From sequence record DRR723986_8012: a stretch of DNA of 60,670 bases, one strand, 5' to 3'. The notes under the pieces were generated by a model, which saw only the letters and a program-made list of their open reading frames with translations, did not search any database and was not told where the DNA came from. Positions within the stretch are counted from its first letter, which is position 1. Each line of letters starts with the position of its first letter. Below, one piece after another: positions 50,857 to 60,670 of the stretch. The position numbers and the translations under genes were made by a program.

Positions 50857-51990
50857 GTGAATACACCACTTGTGAGCAAGAAGTTTCTATTCGGATCTGC
50901 TGTGGCCGTGCTGATTGCTGGCGGTGCAGGTTTCGCCTATTGGGGGCAGGATGCCAAAGCCAATTTAAAACCGGCCCAAGATCAGGCAAACCTGCCCGTG
51001 GTGAATGTGGTGCAACCTGCGTTGTCGCAGGCCAGCAGTGAAATTCAATTCGCAGCGAGGCTGGCACCTTCGCGCGAGGCCAGCCTGTTTGCCCGCAGTT
51101 CAGGGTTTGTCGAAGCACGGTATGCTGACATCGGTACACGAGTCAAAGCGGGCGAGGTACTTGCACGTATTTCTGCACCCGAATTGGAAGCATCACTGAA
51201 TTCTGCGCGGGCTGCATTGAAACAACGCGAAGCAGAATTGCTGGTAGCCACGCGCAATCGGGAACGCGTAGAGCCATTGGGCACTGCAGGTGCGGTGTCG
51301 GCCCAGCAAGTTGATGAGTTGATGGGCATTGAAGAAGTGGCCAAGGCCAATTTGAGTGCTGCAAAAGCAGAGGTGGCCCGCCTGCAAAGTGAAGTGGCTT
51401 ACCTCACGTTGAAGGCGCCCTTTGATGGCGTAATTACTGAACGCAATATTGACCGGGGCGACCGTGTCAGCCCGAATGACACCCGAATGCTTTACCGAAT
51501 CATCAACAGTGATGTGATTCGTGTGCAGGTCGATGTGCCGCAACCCCAGTTGTTTCGCATTGAGCAGGCCAGCAAAGCCAGCCTGAGTATTGCCGAGCGC
51601 CCGGGACAAATGGTTGCCGTCAATTTCAAGCGTTCGTCCCAGGAATTGCGCGCGGACACTGGCACGGTACGAATTGAGTATGAGTTTGACAACCGTGAAC
51701 TGGCCTTGCCTGCAGGGTTGAATGCCAACTTGAAAATTGAATCAAACGGCAAAGGCAACAGCGTCACCGTGCCTGCCAACACCATTGTGTATCGGGATGG
51801 TGGTGCTACTTTGGTGGTGTTGAATGCCGACAATCAGGTTGAGTTCAGAAAAATTACCTTGGGTAAAAATTTCCCGACCACGGTAGAGGTAGTTCAGGGC
51901 GTGAATATTGAGGACCGCGTGGTGGTGAACCCCAACGCTTTATTGAAGCCAGGCCAGCAGGTGGAAGTGGCGAAGCCTGCAGCAAGCTGA
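50857..51990 (+). CDS. RND periplasmic adaptor (MFP)
   Basis: ARSSGFV..DIG..VKAG, KAPFDGVIT; N-terminal membrane anchor. Confidence 0.9.
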   Translation: MNTPLVSKKFLFGSAVAVLIAGGAGFAYWGQDAKANLKPAQDQANLPVVNVVQPALSQASSEIQFAARLAPSREASLFARSSGFVEARYADIGTRVKAGEVLARISAPELEASLNSARAALKQREAELLVATRNRERVEPLGTAGAVSAQQVDELMGIEEVAKANLSAAKAEVARLQSEVAYLTLKAPFDGVITERNIDRGDRVSPNDTRMLYRIINSDVIRVQVDVPQPQLFRIEQASKASLSIAERPGQMVAVNFKRSSQELRADTGTVRIEYEFDNRELALPAGLNANLKIESNGKGNSVTVPANTIVYRDGGATLVVLNADNQVEFRKITLGKNFPTTVEVVQGVNIEDRVVVNPNALLKPGQQVEVAKPAAS

Positions 51991-52012
51991 AAGCCTCGGC
52001 CCAGTCCATTCG

Positions 52013-53938
52013 CTAGTGCGCTTCGTCCTCCATGCGCTTGCGAAATTCAATGGTGTCGCCATCGGCCAGCAGTTGTGTAATTTTCAATGGTGCACCGGCA
52101 GCATCCAGAGTCAGCAAACCGATTCCACTGCCGTTGACCAAGCGCTCACCACGACTGCCGTGGTCGGGTTTGCGCGGCACAATGCGCATTTTTCGGCGTT
52201 TGGTGAACCAGTTCAAAGGTGACCAAGGTGCGTACAGCCATCGATTCAAGCGATCGAGAATGTCGAGCAGTTTGCGCGGAAATTCATTTCTGAAACCGCT
52301 GCTGGTAATTTGCCAGATATTGGGGCTGTTTTTCTTGCCGCGAAGTTCCACTTCATAAGCGAATGAATAGTGCACATCGCCAGAAAGAATCACAAAATTT
52401 TGGGGTGTTTTACCGTGCCGGAACAAATTCAGTAGCGTATTCGCGGCGCCTCGGTGAGCCATCCAGTTTTCCGCATCGACCATCAAGGGTTTGCCAAACC
52501 AGGTAAACACTTTTTGGATGGTTTCAATCAATTTGACACCGAACATTGGGGCAGGTGAGACCAGCAACACAGCATCATGGCCAAGCAGCCTTTGCTGCAA
52601 CTCAGACAATGACTCCCAATCCATCAGCCCCGAGGGGTGAGCCGGGTTGAATTCCGACCGCCAGCGGTTGGTTCGCGTGTCAATCACCATCAAAGCAGGT
52701 TTGGTGTCCCACTTGTATTGCCATCCGCGAAAGGCAATCAACTCGGAAATCAGATCTTCATGCGCTTCCTCGCCGGGCAATTGCAGCGCCTCATCGCAGC
52801 GCTTCATCATGTCATCGGAAAAGTTTTCTGGCGCATTGCCCCAGGCCTGGCACACCAGGTAAGCCACCAGCGCATTGCCGATGATGCGACGGGAGAATGG
52901 CTCACCGTAAGCAGTTTCTTCCCACTCGGCACTCAGGTTCCAGTCGTCGGTGATGTCATGGTCGTCGAACATCATGGCCACTGGTATGTGGGCCATCAAG
53001 CGGTGCACACAGTCCAGTTCCGCGACAAATTCTTCCATCGCTTCCAGTTGTGCTTCATAGCGTTCTGCAAATTCAGTGGGCACTTCTGGTGGGATGGTCA
53101 TGTCGGTGTAGCGCCAGGGAATGGGCGACCACACCAACAAATACATGGCCATGACTTCGGACAGGGAGATCAAATGGTTTCGGGCACTGTCGGTGGTGAA
53201 CACGGGTTTTTTCACACCCGTGAACAGCACGGTGCGAATGTCTTTGTTGGCTCTGGTTTTTGGCAACAGTTGATCGCGCGTGTAATAGTGCGGCTGGTCG
53301 CGGTGCAGGGTATGGCTGCTGAGCAGTTGGGTACCCGGCAAAGGCTCGGCTGGCGAATTCAATTCATCCAATAAGCGGTGTATGGCCACCAGCATGGGGC
53401 CCGCTACATCGTCGGTGTAAATTTGATCGCCACCCATCATCAGCAGTGCTGGCCATTCAGTGGGTGTGGCGGCCAGTTCCAGCAAGTGTTGGTCTGCCCG
53501 AACCAGCCCATCGCCGGCTGAGCTACCCTCTTTGCGGGCGTAATGCGGCTTGCGGCAAGAACCGTGTAATACGCTGCGAACCTGGCTTTGAATGACAAAC
53601 CCCAGCGTACTTCTGCCCGGGTAAAGCAAGTGTGGTGCTTCCTGGGTCAGGTTGATCCATTCGCCATCTGCCCCATGTTTGTAGCTGAGTTCATAACCCA
53701 CCCAGGTGTCGGCCGGCAGAGGCATGTTCAAAGGCAGGTCGATCAGGTGGATGTAATAGTGCTCGGCCACTTTCAATGCACGGCAATGCCCACGAATTTC
53801 ATGCACCTGCGAGTCATGTTTGTCCGGAAACAGGGCAAGCCGCCATTGCACGGGCTGCGATGTTGCCAACCACAAAGTGATTCGCTCGCTTTGCATGCGA
53901 CGCAACACGGGGCCAGCCAGAAGGGTGTTGATGCTCAT
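52013..53938 (-). CDS. PhoD-like metallophosphatase
   Basis: HGSCRKPH, GDQIYTDDV, FDDHDITDDW, IDTR, LSGDVH. Confidence 0.85.
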   Translation of the reverse strand: MSINTLLAGPVLRRMQSERITLWLATSQPVQWRLALFPDKHDSQVHEIRGHCRALKVAEHYYIHLIDLPLNMPLPADTWVGYELSYKHGADGEWINLTQEAPHLLYPGRSTLGFVIQSQVRSVLHGSCRKPHYARKEGSSAGDGLVRADQHLLELAATPTEWPALLMMGGDQIYTDDVAGPMLVAIHRLLDELNSPAEPLPGTQLLSSHTLHRDQPHYYTRDQLLPKTRANKDIRTVLFTGVKKPVFTTDSARNHLISLSEVMAMYLLVWSPIPWRYTDMTIPPEVPTEFAERYEAQLEAMEEFVAELDCVHRLMAHIPVAMMFDDHDITDDWNLSAEWEETAYGEPFSRRIIGNALVAYLVCQAWGNAPENFSDDMMKRCDEALQLPGEEAHEDLISELIAFRGWQYKWDTKPALMVIDTRTNRWRSEFNPAHPSGLMDWESLSELQQRLLGHDAVLLVSPAPMFGVKLIETIQKVFTWFGKPLMVDAENWMAHRGAANTLLNLFRHGKTPQNFVILSGDVHYSFAYEVELRGKKNSPNIWQITSSGFRNEFPRKLLDILDRLNRWLYAPWSPLNWFTKRRKMRIVPRKPDHGSRGERLVNGSGIGLLTLDAAGAPLKITQLLADGDTIEFRKRMEDEAH

Positions 53939-54022
53939 ACTGCGATTGGGGTGAGGTGTGAGAACAATGCACAAACCCTATCAACGTTTAGCTAGTAATT
54001 TGGTGGACAGCCCACACATGGG

Positions 54023-54601
54023 TTACCCCTTGCAAGCCTCCAAGGCGGCAGTTTTGCTGCCTGCTTTTTGAATGCAGGTTTTCAGGCTGTCCAGATTGGG
54101 CAGGGTTTTGCAGTGGGGCACATCGACCAGCGGCTGTGTGCTGTTAAAGCCGCAAGCGTAATACGACGTCACCGGATTCACCGGTTTGTTGATCACCTTG
54201 TTGCACACCGGTTTCAGGTTGTTGTTGACCCAGTTGTCGTAAGTAGCTAACTCTTTCTCAAACTCAGCTTTGTCTGCATTCAACTGGTCAGCCTGAAGGT
54301 TAAAGGTGTTCACCGCTTCATTGAAATTCGCAACTGCCTTTTGATCGGGCTTGCCCGCATCCAGTTTGGCTTTCTGGTTTTGCAAGGCAACGCGCCGCTC
54401 GCTTAAGAGTTTCTCGCTGCCACGCAGGTCGCTGGCCCGTTGCTCCAGGGTGTTGAACCGCTTCAGGCCCTGCTGTTCGAGTTGTAAACAGGCCCGCAAG
54501 TCGCTTTCATTTGCCTGTTCCGGGGCTGGAGTTTGAGCTTGCAAGGCGGGGCAGGCCAAGAGCATCAGTAATGTGCCGATTTTGGCTTTGGACATAGGCA
54601 T
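54023..54601 (-). CDS. Hypothetical secreted coiled-coil protein with Cys-containing C-terminus
   Basis: Signal peptide ending LQA; heptad-like E/K/Q-rich middle. Start uncertain. Confidence 0.7.
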   Translation of the reverse strand: MPMSKAKIGTLLMLLACPALQAQTPAPEQANESDLRACLQLEQQGLKRFNTLEQRASDLRGSEKLLSERRVALQNQKAKLDAGKPDQKAVANFNEAVNTFNLQADQLNADKAEFEKELATYDNWVNNNLKPVCNKVINKPVNPVTSYYACGFNSTQPLVDVPHCKTLPNLDSLKTCIQKAGSKTAALEACKG

Positions 54602-54683
54602 GTTGACCATCCATGTGAACCGCAAGGCCCTGATCGTAGCAGATCAATCAACAAATTAAATCGCTGTATCAATTGATTAAATA

Positions 54684-54703
54684 ATTAAGAATAATTATCA
54701 TTA
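54684..54703. promoter_or_regulatory. Fur box
   Basis: TAAGAAT-A-ATTATCA (7-1-7) just before the PepSY operon. Confidence 0.7.
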
Positions 54704-54720
54704 CTGTTCATTAAAAAAAT

Positions 54721-55035
54721 ATGAGCGTTTCAGCAATGAATAAGGTCGGCAGTCTCAACTACTGGGTTGTGAATCGGGTGTTGTCAGCGCTACTGGGCGG
54801 CTATGCATTCACGTGGGGTTTTTCATCCTTGGGCATCGCCGGCCTTGCCGCGCTCGGTGTTGATTTTCATGAGGCCGAAACCGGTATTTTGATGCTTGCA
54901 TTTCTGGTGTTTCTGGGCGTTTTTCTGTGGGCTTTTGCCAGCAGCAGTGTGGCCCGTGTGTGGGCTGTGTTGGCAGGGGGTGGGGTGTTGATGACCCTGT
55001 CGGCCTGGTGGATTCAGCAAAGCATGTTGTCTTGA
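54721..55035 (+). CDS. Small iron-uptake-associated membrane protein (DUF3649-like)
   Basis: RVLSALLGGY..MLAFL..LWAFA; three TM segments. Confidence 0.75.
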   Translation: MSVSAMNKVGSLNYWVVNRVLSALLGGYAFTWGFSSLGIAGLAALGVDFHEAETGILMLAFLVFLGVFLWAFASSSVARVWAVLAGGGVLMTLSAWWIQQSMLS

Positions 55036-55047
55036 AGGGGAAGTTTG

Positions 55048-56766
55048 GTGTTCAGTAATTTTCGATTGTCCATGACCTGGGTTCACACCTGGTTCGGTTT
55101 GGTGTTGGGCTTTGTGTTAATGGTCTGTTTTTTCTTTGGATCGTTGTCGGTGTTTGACCGGGAGATTGATCGCTGGGCCATTCCCGAAACCCGGTTCGAT
55201 GCGCAGCCCATGCCGTCCTTCGACAAAGTGCTTCTGCCTGCTTTGCAACAGCTGGAGCCCGATGAGGTGGACTACGCCACCAACATGCCCAGGCTGCACG
55301 ACCCAGCCAAAGGCGAGATGACACCTCGCACTGAACTGCCTGTCGATGAATACTGGGCTTATGTGACCCACCGCGACCCTGTGTTGGCGGCCGGTGTGGG
55401 TTATGGTGTGCCATTGGCGAAGAACCCGGAAGACCACAACCACATTCACAAGAACGTGACGCTGGACCCCCGAACTGGCGAAGTGTTGCCAGACGACAAG
55501 TTGAAAATTGGCAGTCACTGGTTTTATCCCATGCACTACAGTTTGCAGCTGAAGTGGAAAAACCTGGGCATCTGGATTGTGGGCTTGGCCGCGCTGATGA
55601 TGCTGGCCGCATTGGTGACGGGTGTCATCATGCACCGAAAGGTGTTCCGCGAGTTTTTCACCTTCCGGCCCTGGAAGCGGACACAACGTGCCAGCCTGGA
55701 TTTGCACAACCTGACTGGTGTGGTGGCTTTGCCTTTTCATTTCTTTTTTGCATTCACGGGATTGGTTATTTTTGCCAGTTTTTATTTTTTGCCGGTGACC
55801 AGCACTCTGCTTGACCCCATGCACAAGCAGCATGAAATTCACGAGGCGGCCGCGACCGGTTTGCCGCATGAGGCAGCGGGTGTGCCAGGCACCATGAGCA
55901 GTGTGGATGCCATGGTGGAAGAGGCCAAACGCCGTTGGGCAGCTCGCGACATGGCGGGTGAAGTTGGTTTTCTGGTGATGCACCACGTAGGCGATGCCAA
56001 CAGTTATGTGAGCATTTACCGCGCTGGCAGTGACCGTGTGGCCTTGGTGGGCGAGGGCATTCATTTTAAAACCAGCACGGGTGAAGTGCTCAGTGAAGAC
56101 CCACCACGCACAGCGGTATCTGAGGTAAATGAGTTCCTGACGGGCTTGCATTTGCAGCACTTTGAGCACTGGTTCTTGCGTTGGCTGTATGTGTTGGGTG
56201 GCTTGCTTGGTGCCGTGTGTATTGCGACTGGTTTTATTTTCTTCGTTGAAAAACGAAAATCCCAACATGCAAAAAGCGGCAGCAATGGTAGCCGTGTGGT
56301 CGATTCATTGGCCGTTACTACAGTGACCGGCATGGTGATGGCCGCGGTCGGTATGCTGGTCATCAATCGAATTTTGCCAGCCGACCTATTGGGCAAGGCC
56401 GATTGGGAAAAAGCTGCATTCTGGACTGTGTGGGGCCTTAGCTTTGTTCATGCTTACGTTCGCAGTGCGCCTGTTGCACATGGTTTGTTCAACCCGGCCT
56501 GGCGTGAGCAATGCTGGGGAGTAGTAGCACTCAGTATTTCAGCGGTTCTGTTGAACTGGGCCACCACTGGCGACCATTTGATCAAAACAGTGTTCACTGA
56601 CACGTATTGGCCTGTCGCAGGCGTTGATTTGAGCCTGATGGCGTGTGCCGTGATTAGCGGCTGGGCGGCATTGAAACTTGCACGCCGAGAGCGTGGTGCG
56701 GATGTGCCGGTTGGTAAAACTGAAAAACAATCTGGATCTGACACGGGTGAGGTGGCCCATGCCTGA
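55048..56766 (+). CDS. PepSY-associated TM helix protein (PiuB/FoxB-like)
   Basis: WVHTWFGL, MHYSL, TGVIMH, DLHNLTG, LHLQHF His motifs. Confidence 0.88.
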   Translation: MFSNFRLSMTWVHTWFGLVLGFVLMVCFFFGSLSVFDREIDRWAIPETRFDAQPMPSFDKVLLPALQQLEPDEVDYATNMPRLHDPAKGEMTPRTELPVDEYWAYVTHRDPVLAAGVGYGVPLAKNPEDHNHIHKNVTLDPRTGEVLPDDKLKIGSHWFYPMHYSLQLKWKNLGIWIVGLAALMMLAALVTGVIMHRKVFREFFTFRPWKRTQRASLDLHNLTGVVALPFHFFFAFTGLVIFASFYFLPVTSTLLDPMHKQHEIHEAAATGLPHEAAGVPGTMSSVDAMVEEAKRRWAARDMAGEVGFLVMHHVGDANSYVSIYRAGSDRVALVGEGIHFKTSTGEVLSEDPPRTAVSEVNEFLTGLHLQHFEHWFLRWLYVLGGLLGAVCIATGFIFFVEKRKSQHAKSGSNGSRVVDSLAVTTVTGMVMAAVGMLVINRILPADLLGKADWEKAAFWTVWGLSFVHAYVRSAPVAHGLFNPAWREQCWGVVALSISAVLLNWATTGDHLIKTVFTDTYWPVAGVDLSLMACAVISGWAALKLARRERGADVPVGKTEKQSGSDTGEVAHA

Positions 56767-57067
56767 GGCATTTTATTTAACTGCCGCCGCTTTGCTCAGC
56801 CTGGTGGGCATGGCGTGGTTGGCCTTGTCCATGGATGTGCATTGGGCACAGGTGAAGCAGATTCCCTTGGCCGATAGCCAACCACCTCGAACGGTGTTGA
56901 AACTGTTGGGTTATCTTGCCCTTGTTGTGTCACTGGTGGTGTGCCTTGTTGCAGATCGACCTTCGATTGCGGCACTGGTGTGGATCATGTTGATGGTTGG
57001 GTCTGCTGTGGCGGTGGCGTTTATACTCGCACATCGACCCCGACTGCTGAAGGCGTTTTGTTTTTGA
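56759..57067 (+). CDS. DUF3325-like membrane protein
   Basis: LALSMDVHW motif, three TM segments; overlaps PepSY stop. Confidence 0.75.
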   Translation: MPEAFYLTAAALLSLVGMAWLALSMDVHWAQVKQIPLADSQPPRTVLKLLGYLALVVSLVVCLVADRPSIAALVWIMLMVGSAVAVAFILAHRPRLLKAFCF

Positions 57068-57070
57068 TCC

Positions 57071-57751
57071 TTAACACTCAGTCCATTTTCTCAACAGATT
57101 GTTGTACAAACCTGTAAGCCGAACCAGCTCCGGGTGACCCTCGCCATATTGCGTTCGCAATTTGATGAGGGATTCATCCATCTGAAACAGCAAGCGGCGG
57201 CACTCCAGGTCTTTCACCATGCTTTGCATGAACATGTAGCAGGCCAATCGCTCACCCCGGGTAACAGGGTTCACTTGGTGCATGGAGCCCGACGGGTAAA
57301 CCACCAGGCTGCCCGCGGGCAATTTAACGTTTTGCATGCCATAGGTGTCTTCAATGACCAGCTCACCACCCTCGTAATCCTCGGGATTGGATAAAAACAG
57401 CGTGGCAGAAATGTCGGTGCGCAACGCGCTGCCGTCGGGTAGATAACGCACAGTGCTGTCGGTGTGCAAGCCATAGTGATTCGTTTCACCGGCGTAGCGA
57501 TTGAAGTTGGGTGGCAGTATTTTGTAGGGCAGGGCAACCGAAATTAATCGGCTGCTTCTGTTTAACGCGCGCATCACCAGCACACGCAGGTCTCTCAACA
57601 CTTCGCTCCCTTCCGGAATTTGAAGATTGTTTTTGGCAAGGCGGGCCTGTGTGCCCGCACTTTGACCGGTCGCCCAGTCAGCTTGCTTGAGCATCTTGTG
57701 GATGCTTGCAAGCTCCTCGGTACTGAGAATATTGTCGATGGTGACCAGCAT
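57071..57751 (-). CDS. Fe(II)/2-oxoglutarate dioxygenase (PiuC/YbiX family)
   Basis: PPNFNRY, HTD, RTDISATLFL, YEGGEL, HQVNPVTRGER. Confidence 0.92.
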   Translation of the reverse strand: MLVTIDNILSTEELASIHKMLKQADWATGQSAGTQARLAKNNLQIPEGSEVLRDLRVLVMRALNRSSRLISVALPYKILPPNFNRYAGETNHYGLHTDSTVRYLPDGSALRTDISATLFLSNPEDYEGGELVIEDTYGMQNVKLPAGSLVVYPSGSMHQVNPVTRGERLACYMFMQSMVKDLECRRLLFQMDESLIKLRTQYGEGHPELVRLTGLYNNLLRKWTEC

Positions 57752-57766
57752 GTGTGTGTCGTTTAA

Positions 57767-59971
57767 TTAAAAGTCGTATCTTAAAGTGGCGATCAACTGA
57801 CGACCTTCTCCGGGAATGCCTTGTCCGCCGCCTTCAGCAAGTTGGGAGATATATCGTTCGTCGAACACATTGTACAAGTTCACACGAACCTGAACGTCTT
57901 TGGTGAATTTGTAGGTGGTGTACAAGTCAACCACGGTGTAGCTTGGAATGCTCACCTTCACGTTACCGGTGGTGTCGGGTTGAACGCCACTGGTTTGTTC
58001 ATCCACATACTGCAAGCCACCGCCCAAAGTGAATTTCGGTGTGATGTCGTAGGTGGTGAAAACATTGAATGAGTGTTTCGGTGTGCCGCCCAGTTCCTGA
58101 CCCACGGAGAATGGCGATGTGGGTGCGCTGGTCACTTCAGATTCAAGGAAGGTGTAGCCTGAGTAAAGTTTCCATGCCTTGGTCACTTGACCTGCAACGA
58201 GTACTTCGAAACCATCAATGTAATATTCCACGTTCGGCGTGGTGACTCCGCCCGCCGCTGGCGCGGGCAGACGACCTTCATCAGTCTCTGTCCGGAATAC
58301 AGCAGCGTTGATATCCAGCCCCGCACCAATGGTCATTTTGCTGCCCAGTTCGTACGCCTGAATCTTCTCGGTAGGAGTATCGAATGTGTTGCCAGCCACC
58401 CGATCATTCATACTTCCGCCGGCCAGTTGAATTTGGTTGCGGTCGAAGTTACCGGAAATGTTGAAGGCCGTGCCGTAAGAGGCATACAAGGCGTGGTTGG
58501 GTGTTAGCTTGTGCACCAGGCCCAAACTATAGCTTGTCTCCGTGTCTTCGCGCATGAAGCTGCGGTTTTCGGCTTGTTGTGGTGTGAGGCCTGCGGCAGT
58601 GGAATTTTGGCGATCTTCTTCATTCGCAAAGGCCTTCACCTTGTCGTAACGAATGCCTGCGTTCAGCTCCCATTTTTCGTTGAACTTCATGGTGTCAAGC
58701 AGGTACAGGCCCATTTCTTCAGTTTCGAACCGATGAATGCCACCGTAGGCCAGTGTGCCTGTGAACTCGCGTTCGGCGGGGTTAAACAGGCTGGTGACAG
58801 GGCCGTTGGTGTCCAGGCGTCGTCGGTTTTCATATTCATAAAAACCAAAGTCGAAACCTGCCACCATGTCGTGTTGGATACTGCCGGTATTCAAGCTGAA
58901 CAAAAGGTCTGTCTGATTCCTGAAGCTGGTGTCGACCTGATCACGAGGCTTCAAATTACCCACAGCAAAGCCTGATGCAGGGTTGTTGTTGCCAGCGCCC
59001 GTTCCGTTGTCCACAAATCTTGGGGACGATGTAATCGAGTCGTTGCCGACTTGTGCAAAGCGTGTTTGGTTGCGAATCACTTGTCCGCTGGCCAGTGCAT
59101 GTTGAACTGCCAGGCCAATCTGGTTCACTTCAATGTCTTTGTAGTCATTGGTGTGGCCGTAGAAGTTGTCAAAGTTGATGCCATCCGGCAGGCGACCTGT
59201 GCCGCCATTTCGGCGGTCAAAAGGCAAACCTGCATCGGGAATGTCATTGGTTTTGATGTGTAGTACATCGGCTGTAATCGATGTGGGTTTGTTCAAGCCC
59301 CATGTGTAGGCGGCATAAACACCGTAGCGGTCTTCTTCTGCCGTGTTTCGGCCGGGCAAGTCTGCACTGTGTTTCATCAAGTTGATGCGCAAAGCTTCGT
59401 CATCGTCCAACACACGATTCATGTCCAGCGTGGTTCGGAAATAGCTGTCGGTCCCCACGCTGACTTCTGCGCGATTGAAATCAACACCCAAAGGTTGTTT
59501 GGTCACAAAGTTGATGGTGCCGCCCGCAGAGCCGCGACCCGAGAACGCAGAGTTCGGACCTTTGACCACTTCCAGCTGTTCGATGAAAAACGGATCGCGG
59601 AAGTAGTTGCCAATGTCGCGCATGCCGTTGACATTGATGTCATCACGGGCATTGAAACCGCGAATTTTAAGTTGATCACCACCCGGTGGGTTGCCTTCAC
59701 CAGCCTGAAGGCTGATGCCCGGTATGTTACGCAGCGCCTCGTTGAGCGAAGTGACGTTTTGTTCTTCAAGCAGATCTTGCGGCAATACGGTGATGATGCG
59801 TGGAGTTTCTTGTAATGGGCGCGTGTACTTGATGCTGTCCATTTGTTCGCCTCGGAAGTCGATGACATCCACATCAGGCAAAGTTTGGGGGTTTTCTTGG
59901 GCATGTGCGTTGGCGAGGCTGCTTAAAGCCAGCGCCACGGCAAGTGCGATGGGTTTGGGAGAGTGCTGCAT
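57767..59971 (-). CDS. TonB-dependent siderophore receptor (Fiu/PiuA-like)
   Basis: Signal peptide; ALRNIPGI..GEG, IRGF, EVVKGP, NVFDERY; C-terminal YDF. Confidence 0.93.
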   Translation of the reverse strand: MQHSPKPIALAVALALSSLANAHAQENPQTLPDVDVIDFRGEQMDSIKYTRPLQETPRIITVLPQDLLEEQNVTSLNEALRNIPGISLQAGEGNPPGGDQLKIRGFNARDDINVNGMRDIGNYFRDPFFIEQLEVVKGPNSAFSGRGSAGGTINFVTKQPLGVDFNRAEVSVGTDSYFRTTLDMNRVLDDDEALRINLMKHSADLPGRNTAEEDRYGVYAAYTWGLNKPTSITADVLHIKTNDIPDAGLPFDRRNGGTGRLPDGINFDNFYGHTNDYKDIEVNQIGLAVQHALASGQVIRNQTRFAQVGNDSITSSPRFVDNGTGAGNNNPASGFAVGNLKPRDQVDTSFRNQTDLLFSLNTGSIQHDMVAGFDFGFYEYENRRRLDTNGPVTSLFNPAEREFTGTLAYGGIHRFETEEMGLYLLDTMKFNEKWELNAGIRYDKVKAFANEEDRQNSTAAGLTPQQAENRSFMREDTETSYSLGLVHKLTPNHALYASYGTAFNISGNFDRNQIQLAGGSMNDRVAGNTFDTPTEKIQAYELGSKMTIGAGLDINAAVFRTETDEGRLPAPAAGGVTTPNVEYYIDGFEVLVAGQVTKAWKLYSGYTFLESEVTSAPTSPFSVGQELGGTPKHSFNVFTTYDITPKFTLGGGLQYVDEQTSGVQPDTTGNVKVSIPSYTVVDLYTTYKFTKDVQVRVNLYNVFDERYISQLAEGGGQGIPGEGRQLIATLRYDF

Positions 59972-59999
59972 AGTCGTCTCAAAAAATAATATGAAGACG

Positions 60000-60018
60000 A
60001 ATGATAATCGATATCATT
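60000..60018. promoter_or_regulatory. Fur box
   Basis: AATGATAATCGATATCATT, about 30 bp upstream of the receptor start. Confidence 0.8.
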
Positions 60019-60075
60019 AATGTCATGAAATATTTTTTGTAACACTGTCTTTTTTGTCGCAAAGTCGGGCCGTTG

Positions 60076-60115
60076 AAAACAAAAAACCCCGGTGGGTTAC
60101 ACCGGGGTTTTTGTT
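60076..60115 (-). terminator. Terminator after ahpF
   Basis: CCCCGGTG-N5-CACCGGGG flanked by A/T runs. Confidence 0.85.
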
Positions 60116-60135
60116 AGGTTTGGCCTTGAGCCGTT

Positions 60136-60670
60136 TTACTGTCTGATCAAGTGATCAAACGCGGCCAGTGAAGCATTCGCACCTTCGCCCATGGCGATGA
60201 TGATCTGCTTGTAAGGTGCTGTTGTGCAGTCGCCTGCAGCAAACACGCCTTCCATGCTGGTGTGGCCCTTGTGGTCCACCACGATTTCACCATGCTTGCT
60301 CAATTCCAGTGTGCCTTTCAGCCAGTCGGTGTTGGGCAGCAAACCGATTTGAACAAAAATGCCTTCCAGTTCAACCTGCTTCACTTCATCCGTTGCTCGG
60401 TCTTTGTAGGTAAGGCCGTACACTTTGCTACCGTCGCCATTCACCTCGGTGGTCAGCGCATTCAAGATCACTTTCACATTCGGCAGGCTGTACAGTTTTT
60501 TCTGCAATACCGCGTCGGCTTTCAGCTTGGTGTCGAATTCAAACAGGGTGACTTCTTTCACAATGCCGGCCAGGTCAATTGCAGCTTCTACACCGCTGTT
60601 GCCGCCGCCAATTACTGCAACACGCTTGCCTTTGTACAGCGGGCCATCGCAGTGCGGGCAGTAGGCCACA
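60136..60670 (-). CDS. ahpF: Alkyl hydroperoxide reductase subunit F, 3' part (truncated by window edge)
   Basis: [41 protein letters not shown]. Confidence 0.93.
   Translation of the reverse strand, partial: VAYCPHCDGPLYKGKRVAVIGGGNSGVEAAIDLAGIVKEVTLFEFDTKLKADAVLQKKLYSLPNVKVILNALTTEVNGDGSKVYGLTYKDRATDEVKQVELEGIFVQIGLLPNTDWLKGTLELSKHGEIVVDHKGHTSMEGVFAAGDCTTAPYKQIIIAMGEGANASLAAFDHLIRQ

Overview
A compact, gene-dense stretch of chromosome of moderate GC content. Gene content suggests a betaproteobacterium, probably Burkholderiales and possibly Limnobacter-like; this is inference, not a database result. It carries about 50 CDS: 3' fragments of ispH and ahpF at the edges; a TrhO-GST pair; a FabG4/FadA2/HtdX-like acyl-CoA cluster with a TetR gene; prpE, acs, a class I fumarase and a solute symporter; a copZ/copA/cueR copper module with two back-to-back 19-bp-spacer promoters; two RND efflux systems; an orphan TadE/TadG pair; and several iron genes with Fur-like boxes. 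There is one tRNA-Ser(GGA). I found no integrase, transposase, reverse transcriptase or CRISPR array. The strongest unexplained signals are non-coding. (1) A ~290-nt intergenic element at 7133-7418 folds by hand into a long rod with a two-hairpin apex, with G-U wobbles biased to the + strand. (2) An element downstream of tRNA-Ser contains an inverted, hairpin-interrupted copy of the tRNA 3' end. The two elements share short motifs. All structure calls are by-eye pairing; no folding program or search was run.
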